A DNA stretch of 50,749 nucleotides from an uncultured Candidatus Saccharibacteria bacterium. Its GTDB lineage: Bacteria > Patescibacteriota > Minisyncoccia > Phycocordibacterales > UBA9973. Position numbers and translations under genes: made by a program. The notes below the pieces were generated by a model that saw only the letters and a list, made by a program, of their open reading frames with translations, had not been told where the DNA came from and made no database searches. Of the stretch, positions 43,009 through 50,400 are shown in pieces (the stretch's first letter is position 1; the number at the start of each line of letters is the position of its first letter). The stretch spans positions 1 to 50,749 of the forward strand of contig CAZAFG010000002.1 of assembly GCA_964484865.1 (NCBI GenBank), in the 5' to 3' direction.

Positions 43009-44340
43009 TTATAAATTAGGATTGATAGTTTGTTCTTTTTTTAAATGCACTGCTTTGTTTTGCTTCAAGTGTTCCAGTAGTTCAGTGAGTTTGATGGAAG
43101 CAAGTCCGATATACTTATCTCCTCCTCCGTAGTAAACCAGAAGTTTACCGTCTTTTACCACAGCACCAGATGCATAAACTATACCTGGCTTGTAATCATT
43201 CTCATACCACATATCTGGCTCTAAAATCGGAGCAGGTGCACGGTACAAAACTTTTTGTGGATCTTTCAAATCGAGAAGGAGCGCACCGACTTTATATCTA
43301 CCACCATCATTTTTATCCATAGCATGATAAAGCAATAGCCATCCATCTTTAGTTTTTATCGGTGGCGCAGAAGCACTCCTGGTTCGTTTATGCCAAGCAA
43401 CTATATGGTCTGGGATGAGTTGTGGGTCTAGGGCTTGCCCAACTTGTGGAGCTTCATCCATGGATAACTCATTCATATAAGAAATATAAACCCGTTTTGG
43501 ATCTCCAAGATCTAAGTTATGAAATAATGCAAACTTCCCATTTATTTTTTCTGGAAATAGCACCCAGTTTTTTTGTCTATCTCCTGGACGAGACAAATAG
43601 GCGAAATTATTCCAAAGCCATTTTTTATTTAAAAGGTCAGTCTCTTTGATTGAAGTCACTCCGACTCGCATCGAGTGCCAACCATTGAACATGTTGAAGG
43701 TCATGAAAACGGTACCATCTATGACTACTGCTCTCGGATCTTCACATCCACCCCAACCTCCACCAGACTGGTATAGTGTAGGATCATAAACCAACCTTGC
43801 TGGTGAAGTATACGGCCAATGCTTTTGGGCTTCTTGAAAACTTTTAGCTACATACACTGGGTAAGTCATCCGAACATCAAAATGGATACCATCCTTGCTC
43901 GATGCGTAGCCAATACGAGAAACTCCATCTGGACCAAGAGCCCGATAAAATAGATGAACTCGCCCTCCTGAAACAACTGCGGCTGGATTAAACACAGCAT
44001 GTGACTCCCAGTGATATGGCGATGGTGCCATGACTGGATTTCGTACTGATCTTTTTAGTTTTACACCTACTTTTTTCTTGAGGCGTCGGGGCTTAACTAT
44101 CTTTTTCTTTGCTTTTATTGCTGGTTTTTTTACTACCTTCTTTTTAACTACTTTTTTAGTAATTTTTTTTACAACTTTTTTCTTCTTGCCCTGAGTTTTT
44201 CGAAGGGTGGGTATTTTTTTGATCGGTTTTTTAGGTACCAGCTTTTTATTTACAGTTTTTTTGACTGGTTTTTTCGCTACAATTTTTTTCCCGCCCTTCT
44301 TTGAAGTTCGGGTAAACTTTTTTTTCTTAAGCGCGACCAT
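43009..44340 (-). CDS. GH130 (DUF377) family protein with a lysine-rich N-terminal extension
   Basis: GH130 motifs NPVMAPSPYHWESHAVFNPAAV, GCEDPRAV, YYGGGDK. The N-terminal 98 aa contain 42 Lys. The start is uncertain: ATG 44340 (14-nt overlap with the cupin gene), ATG 44367 or TTG 44397. Confidence 0.8.
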   Translation of the reverse strand: MVALKKKKFTRTSKKGGKKIVAKKPVKKTVNKKLVPKKPIKKIPTLRKTQGKKKKVVKKITKKVVKKKVVKKPAIKAKKKIVKPRRLKKKVGVKLKRSVRNPVMAPSPYHWESHAVFNPAAVVSGGRVHLFYRALGPDGVSRIGYASSKDGIHFDVRMTYPVYVAKSFQEAQKHWPYTSPARLVYDPTLYQSGGGWGGCEDPRAVVIDGTVFMTFNMFNGWHSMRVGVTSIKETDLLNKKWLWNNFAYLSRPGDRQKNWVLFPEKINGKFALFHNLDLGDPKRVYISYMNELSMDEAPQVGQALDPQLIPDHIVAWHKRTRSASAPPIKTKDGWLLLYHAMDKNDGGRYKVGALLLDLKDPQKVLYRAPAPILEPDMWYENDYKPGIVYASGAVVKDGKLLVYYGGGDKYIGLASIKLTELLEHLKQNKAVHLKKEQTINPNL

Positions 44341-44677
44341 ATTTGTCTTGATAGCGAGTAATGTCATTCTCGTCAAATTCTCCAGTAGCGACTTCAAGAA
44401 GGGTCATCCCCTCTCCGCCTGCACTCATGCGATGTTTTACAGCTGGAGGACACTGATGTTCTTCTCCAATTGATACGGTATATTTCATGTCCCCAACTTC
44501 AATCACACCAGAGCCAGAAAGCACACGCCAAAATTCTCCTCGTTTCTCGTGGCTTTGCAAACTAAGAGATTCATTTGGCAAGATAGTTATTATTTTTACA
44601 GTACAAGAAGAGTTCGCAATGAATTGCCGAAAATTACCCCACGGTCTTTCAATTTGAAAAATTTTGAGCTCACTCAT
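44327..44677 (-). CDS. cupin-domain protein, type II phosphomannose isomerase C-terminal domain-like
   Basis: 116 aa. RPWGNF....N....VK.I...P.ESLSLQSH.KR.EFW.V..G........(cupin)...EV..GEFDENDI.RYQDKYGR matches the ManC/PMI type II cupin pattern. Confidence 0.8.
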   Translation of the reverse strand: MSELKIFQIERPWGNFRQFIANSSCTVKIITILPNESLSLQSHEKRGEFWRVLSGSGVIEVGDMKYTVSIGEEHQCPPAVKHRMSAGGEGMTLLEVATGEFDENDITRYQDKYGRA

Positions 44678-44685
44678 ATAACCCT

Positions 44686-44694
44686 ATTGTAACA
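44686..44694 (-). promoter_or_regulatory. extended -10 promoter TGTTACAAT, 8 nt upstream of the cupin ATG
   Basis: Minus strand reads TGT TACAAT AGGGTTAT ATG. Confidence 0.5.
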
Positions 44695-44702
44695 ACAAAA
44701 TT

Positions 44703-45899
44703 CTATTTTTTCCACAAATCCCAGACCATTCCAGTTATATTTTTAGGTTTACCTTCTAGGGCAAAGTAATGAAGATCAATAAAAGGTAATGTATTGCATT
44801 CGATTATACCCCAGCGCTGACTGGCTTGATCTTTTTCCGGGTCTGGAACAATACAATCAAAGCCCAAAACCGGCAGACCCGTCATCTGACCTGCTCGCTC
44901 TAAAATCGGAACAAAGGAAGGATGAAGTTCGTCTAGCATCTCACGAGTGCGCCCACCAAAGAGTCGTCCAGTCCGATGAGTAAGCGCGATTTTTTTTCCT
45001 GCTGGTAAAACATACTCCAAATCATAACCCTGGCGTGACATATGCTCTCGAATTTCTTGAGTCAGTTCTATTTTTGAAACTCTGTCTGGTCTAGTAGCAT
45101 CCCGCTCTTGTATAAGTTCACCAATATTTTTCTTACCATCTCCAATAACGATCGGAGGTTCAGCGCGATAAAAACCTGCTAGCTTTCCACCAACCACTGT
45201 GGCGCGGCAAACGAAGCCATGCAAGTGTTCTTCCATTATCAAGAATGGTGAAATAGTGCGGCCCACCGAAATCGCTTTTTTGAAAGCAGGCATATCAGAA
45301 ATATTTGTAGTAGTGTGCCGTCCTCGAGAACCAAGGGCTGGCTTTACGATAATTGGTTTTTCAAATTCACTCCAAAGTTTTTCAATCCGAGTCTTTGAAA
45401 AGATTGGTACTTCGGCAAACTTTGGAATAGGTATGCCAGTATTTGCAAATCTCTTTTTTAAAACATATTTATCATCCCAGTCTATAGACCCTGTGTCTCC
45501 AACCTTGATCGGTATAGGTAAACTGTCGTAGTAGAAAAATTTTCCGTTTATCTTTACTCGCATGTGCTCGGTAGGTTTGCCAAATATCACAAGCTGCTCT
45601 GGGTGAAGACCTCGTCGGATAGCTTCTTCCCAGACAATCTTGGAACGGAGTGAAGCGGCTTGTTCTATGTCATCCTTAAACTTGCCGACACGAAGCAGTA
45701 GCATGATATGGAGCAATAAATGCAAGATTCCTTCAGCAAAAGCAGTTAAAAACCTGGGTGTTCGGCGATTTAAAGATGAAAGCAATGGATCCATGATGTT
45801 GGACACCACGCTCGTGATGTACAAAAAAACATGACTGACATGAGCGTCACCACAGTAAGCACAAGAACTTTTATTTTGATATTTTTTGTGATCTTGCAT
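44703..45899 (-). CDS. stand-alone ATP-grasp ligase resembling the N-terminal ATP-grasp domain of cyanophycin synthetase
   Basis: 398 aa. DDKYVLKKRFANTGIPIPKF, PIIVKPALGSRGRHT, HGFVCRATVVGGKLAGFYRAEPPIVIGDGKKNIGELI, THRTGRLFGGRTREM, LPVLGFDCI. There is no Mur-ligase-like C-terminal half. The N-terminus has a hydrophobic segment. Confidence 0.7.
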   Translation of the reverse strand: MQDHKKYQNKSSCAYCGDAHVSHVFLYITSVVSNIMDPLLSSLNRRTPRFLTAFAEGILHLLLHIMLLLRVGKFKDDIEQAASLRSKIVWEEAIRRGLHPEQLVIFGKPTEHMRVKINGKFFYYDSLPIPIKVGDTGSIDWDDKYVLKKRFANTGIPIPKFAEVPIFSKTRIEKLWSEFEKPIIVKPALGSRGRHTTTNISDMPAFKKAISVGRTISPFLIMEEHLHGFVCRATVVGGKLAGFYRAEPPIVIGDGKKNIGELIQERDATRPDRVSKIELTQEIREHMSRQGYDLEYVLPAGKKIALTHRTGRLFGGRTREMLDELHPSFVPILERAGQMTGLPVLGFDCIVPDPEKDQASQRWGIIECNTLPFIDLHYFALEGKPKNITGMVWDLWKK

Positions 45900-45908
45900 A
45901 AAAACGCA

Positions 45909-45945
45909 AAGAGACAGTACAAATTAAAAATTTTGACTGTCTCTT
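45909..45945 (-). terminator. strong hairpin plus U-tract 9 nt upstream of the ATP-grasp ATG (terminator/attenuator candidate)
   Basis: A perfect 10-bp stem, aagagacagt (45909-45918) / actgtctctt (45936-45945), extendable by caaa/tttg. On the minus-strand RNA it is followed by UGCGUUUUU AUG. Confidence 0.5.
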
Positions 45946-46028
45946 CAAGTGTGACTTATCACTTATTAGTGTCCTCCTAGTTTCATAAAATAAGTAATTG
46001 AGATGTGTGATAAAACGACCACGAATAC

Positions 46029-46037
46029 ATTATACCA
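46029..46037 (-). promoter_or_regulatory. extended -10 promoter TGGTATAAT in the DUF1761/ATP-grasp intergenic region, 6 nt upstream of a GTG
   Basis: Minus strand reads TGG TATAAT GTATTC GTG. The GTG opens an 18-codon ORF (VVLSHISITYFMKLGGH, 45966-46022). The predicted transcript has a roughly 123-nt leader before the ATP-grasp ATG. Confidence 0.45.
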
Positions 46038-46069
46038 ACAAGCAACGCACAAGCACAAGTTAATATGTG

Positions 46070-46492
46070 TTAGTACCAGACTCCGAGAATCAAACCAAAT
46101 ACTACAAAGAGTAAAGCTTGGTAACCGAGAGTGATACCAAATCGAGTCCAAGCTGTTTTACCCATATCAGCACCCCACATAGATAGTGTCGCTACGGTTG
46201 GCAGTACAAATCCCGCCCAGATCCACAAAGATCCCAAGATACCAGTAACTGCACCAAATCCTGCCAAGAAGTGCGCCAACACAAAAGCTTCAAAAGCGGT
46301 CAGTATAAATTGAGTGACATATAGTTTCATCACGCCGTTTCGCATCTTAGCCTTATCTTCCTCGGTCATCTCATTCATCTTGGAAATCTCCATCCACTTT
46401 TTACCAAAAAGAGGTCCATACCATACAAAGCCTAAAGCCAACCCTGCCACTGCACATGCTATAACTGCCAACATATTAATATTTTCAAACAT
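46070..46492 (-). CDS. DUF1761-family membrane protein
   Basis: 140 aa with four TM helices. The N-terminal AVIACAVAGLALGFVWYGPLFGKKWME is typical of DUF1761. Confidence 0.7.
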   Translation of the reverse strand: MFENINMLAVIACAVAGLALGFVWYGPLFGKKWMEISKMNEMTEEDKAKMRNGVMKLYVTQFILTAFEAFVLAHFLAGFGAVTGILGSLWIWAGFVLPTVATLSMWGADMGKTAWTRFGITLGYQALLFVVFGLILGVWY

Positions 46493-46573
46493 AATATTTT
46501 TAATTAGTAACTTTTAAAATCGATCGCCCTAATTAATTGTAACATCAATTTGCAGAAATCGAGAACCGGGTAT

Positions 46574-47221
46574 ATGCTCAAAAGAAAACTGTACCTCGTG
46601 AATCAAACTGTATTTTTAATCAACACGATTTCTTTCGTCTTGATCTTTGGAAGTGGGGTTCTATATGTACAGCGTGTGTACAAAGAAAAAATAGAGCCTT
46701 CCCTTTCAACTTGGACCTTACTCTCACTGATATCTCTCCTTATGCTCGTATCTTACGGATCTTCCGAAGGTGCCGACGAAAATTTACCTATTCTCCTTTT
46801 TGACTTTGCTGAACCAGTAATCGTAACATTACTGATATACCAAAAAATAAATGGTAAGAAAGCATCTAAAGATGAAAAGATTTTCATTGGAGTGACATTA
46901 GTACTACTTGTAGTCTGGGCTATATTGAATTACATTGTGAAAAGCTCGCAATTACTCAATATTGTCTTGTATTTGACGGTGGTAGCAGAAATATCTGCAC
47001 TTGGACCACAATTCCTTACTCACTGGAAGTATGGATATAAAGATAGACCAGTGCCATGGATCATGTCTGGGTTGGGCTACTGCCTAAGTATTTTTTTGAT
47101 ACCGGAGGGTACACTCCCCAACTTAACGGTCCCTCTTTTGGGGCTTATATACTTGGTGATGTCCATACCTCTCCTCTGCTATGTGACTAAAAACAAAATA
47201 CCATTTAAAAAATGGTTCTGA
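46574..47221 (+). CDS. hypothetical polytopic membrane protein
   Basis: The first ATG at 46574 is preferred (the track start 46550 is a TTG). About 6-7 TM helices. No family recognised. Ends in a TGA stop, so TGA is a stop codon here. Confidence 0.6.
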   Translation: MLKRKLYLVNQTVFLINTISFVLIFGSGVLYVQRVYKEKIEPSLSTWTLLSLISLLMLVSYGSSEGADENLPILLFDFAEPVIVTLLIYQKINGKKASKDEKIFIGVTLVLLVVWAILNYIVKSSQLLNIVLYLTVVAEISALGPQFLTHWKYGYKDRPVPWIMSGLGYCLSIFLIPEGTLPNLTVPLLGLIYLVMSIPLLCYVTKNKIPFKKWF

Positions 47222-47341
47222 AACCCTGCTAAATACACTTTAGTGGGGCTTTTTTATACACTTTTTATACACACTTTTGATTGCGGTATTGTAAATATTC
47301 AATATAATCAAATTGAATGAGTTTCCCCACACTTTTTGCAT

Positions 47342-47370
47342 TTGACAAAAGCGTGTCTTTATGATAGTGT
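47342..47370 (+). promoter_or_regulatory. candidate sigma70 promoter of the PA14 surface protein gene
   Basis: Perfect -35 TTGACA (47342-47347), a 17-nt spacer ending in TGA, and -10 TAGTGT (47365-47370). This predicts a roughly 72-nt 5' UTR. A second candidate, TTGCGG-16-TATAAT, lies at 47281-47308. Confidence 0.45.
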
Positions 47371-47448
47371 GCGGGTATAAAAGAGTTTGAAAACCTATCC
47401 GACAGTCGTGCCGGAACAGGTAAAATTATTAAATTAATCGTAATTATT

Positions 47449-50400
47449 ATGAATACAAAAATAGTTTTCGCGAAAATTTTGTCTTTCCTGACAATTTTTG
47501 CAATGGTCACCACTATGATGACCGGTTTTGCCGCGTCTGTACGCGCACAAGAAGTAGACGATATAGAACCAGCACAAGAAGTGGTCGAAACACCTACTGT
47601 TGATGATACAGAAGAATCTGACACAGAGGAAGAAGAAACAGTCGAAGAAACTCCTGTAACTGAAATAGAGCCTACAGCTCCAGAAGAAGAAGGAGAAAAG
47701 AAAGAGGAAGTTTCTGAACTTTCAAGAACAGCCCTAACTGTTATAGATGAACCTCAGACCGCTACAATTTCTGCAACCAAGATCCTCTGCCCTTCTGAAG
47801 ATTTACTTCCAGACTGGGGTAACTATGGAGATGATATTACTTCTACTACTGCTGCTGAATTTTTAAATGCAGAAGGTAATGAATCATGTGAAGAAGTAGA
47901 TTGGAATTTTGAATGGTCTATCGGTGCTGCTTATGTAGATGACAATACTCTAACTGGTGGAGAAGGCTGGACTACATTTGAAAACGGCATGACGCCTGTT
48001 CCAGCAGGACAAAATATCGGACTACGAGAACAAATGCTTCCTGGTTACACTACTTTCACAGGACAAAATGTTGATCAAAATGAATCAGCAGAATTTTACT
48101 GCGGAAGTGATGTATTGAATTATGACAACTTAGAATATGTAAATACTGTAGCTGGTGAAACTTATCACTGTGTAGCTTTCAACGCTCACCCTGATATGTG
48201 TCCTAATGATGATGGTATTCAAACAGTAGAACGATGTTCTATTCCTGAACCTGAAGAAGATATGTGTAACGAAGGAGACCAAAATGGTTGGGATGTAGAT
48301 TACTACAACTACACTCAATACGACACAGGAATGAACTTACCAGTTCAAGATTGGTACAAGAAATCTACTTATGGAAATCCACTAAGTGCTGATAACACTT
48401 TCTCAACCAATGCTGACGCATGGACTGGATGGTCTTATGGAAACGACAAGTACAAATTTAGCCAAGTTGAATCTGATTTAATGTTTGGTGCTAATAATTT
48501 CTTCCCATTTGATTCTGGTACAGGCTTACCTTACTCAAATGAATCTCTAGTATTCACAGGCGTTGGAGTAAATAATGTCTACACTTATGTAGAAGGCCCA
48601 AGTGGTACAGACTATCACTTTGGTTTACATGCTACAGGATATGTAGATGCCCCAGCTGCAGGAAATTACGCTTTCACTCTTACTTCTGATGACGATGTAT
48701 GGGTTTATGTTGATGGCGTATTAGTTGTAGACAATTCTGGAGTACACGGTGTACCTGGAACTGTAACTGACGGAGATATCTACCTTGATGAAGGTGTAAA
48801 TAAAGTTGAATTATTCTATGCAGAACGACACGGCAAACAAGCTGCATTGAATTTCGAATTTACAGACTCAACTCTAGAAATAAGTGCTTACGAAGATTGC
48901 GAATGTGAGAACACTGAAGAAGTTACTGAAGTATATTACTCAAACGGTGAAACTTATGTAGGAGAAGGCAATCAACTATCTTCTGTACTTAGCTTTGTTC
49001 ACAGTGCATGGATAAATATCTCTGGTGCATCTTGGATATGGAATATAGACGGAGTAGACACTTCAACTACAGTTTCAGAAACACAAACTTTCAGAAAAGA
49101 AATTATAATTGATGGCACACCCACTGGAGCTACTCTTGAAATCGCTGCAGACAATAGTTACGCTGTTTATGTAAACGGGGACGAACTAGTTGGTTGTGCA
49201 AATTCTAGTGAGTTTAACTATGGAATAGTAGCAACATGTGAAATCCCAGCGGAAATGCTAGTAACTGGAGAAAATGATATCTCTATAAATGTTACTAATT
49301 TATATGTAGAAAACTCAACTCCTACTTCAAACCCTGCAGGATTACTCTACAAATTAACTGTAAATTCTATCGAATGTGCAGATGATGAAGACGAAGAAGT
49401 ATGTCCTTGGAATGATGAAATATCAGCAAATGATGAAAACTGCAAAGAACCTGAGCAACTAGTTTGTAATCCAGAAGTAAACCTTGTTCAAAATGGTGGT
49501 TTCGAAAACCCTGTACTTGATTCTGGTACTTGGGGTCTATTCCCAGAAGGAGATCTACTAGGATGGCTTATAGATTGGATTTACGATTCTGAAGGAACAC
49601 CAACTCTTGAAATCCAAAACAATGTAGCAGGTGCTCCCTATCAAGGAGAACAACATGCAGAACTAGATGGAAATCATCCAGTAGGCATGTATCAAGTTAT
49701 TGAAACTATCCCTGGCGAAACTTATGACTTCTCTTACTCTTACTCTGCTCGCCCAGGACGAGACGCTGAAGACAATAGAATCTGGGCTCGAGTTGATAAC
49801 AATGCAGATGCAACACTATACAGTGCTGATCATGCTATAGATGCTACTTATGCTACTGATACAATTTGGACTACATACTCAACAAGCTTCGTAGCTGACT
49901 CTGAAACTACTATCATGTTTAACGACATGGGTACAGATACTAGTTATGGTGGTTACATCGATGGAGTTTCCCTAACTTGCGATCCTGAGCCTGTAGTAGA
50001 AATGTGTACTGACTCAGAAGCAAACAATGAAGGCATGCCATTGCCGTGTACTTACGATCCAGAACCGACAGTTGGAAATATCGTAATCGACAAATACATC
50101 TGCCCTGCTGATACTGTGATACTACGAAGTGAAAACGGCATCGGTGAAGGTATGGAAGTACCTGAGGGTTGTGTACCACAATCTGGTGCAACATTTGGAA
50201 TAGTACACGGTGAACAAACTGATGCAAACGGTCCTTACCCTGAACTTTCAGCTCCTATTGATGACCTTGAAGTTTCAAATGGTGGAGGTATAGCAACTTT
50301 TGCTGAACTTTCCCCTGCTGGACGATACTTGGTAGTAGAAACTGATGCTGAAGGCAATAAACTTGCTCACGACGCTATCCTAGGTCTTTTCTGTGAAGGA

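Noticed and set aside
38962-45899. Single six-gene operon (ATP-grasp, cupin, GH130, GH130x2, hpf, Cys-rich)
   Set aside because: Tight spacing suggested one operon. However, internal TGnTATAAT/TACAAT motifs at leaderless distance before the cupin gene (44686-44694) and hpf (41048-41056) split it into three units. Read-through is still possible.
47265-47624. 119-aa minus-strand ORF in the ORF track
   Set aside because: It lies antisense to the 5' end and promoter region of the 1100-codon PA14 gene (ATG 47449). It has no promoter motif or recognisable family, so it is a shadow ORF.
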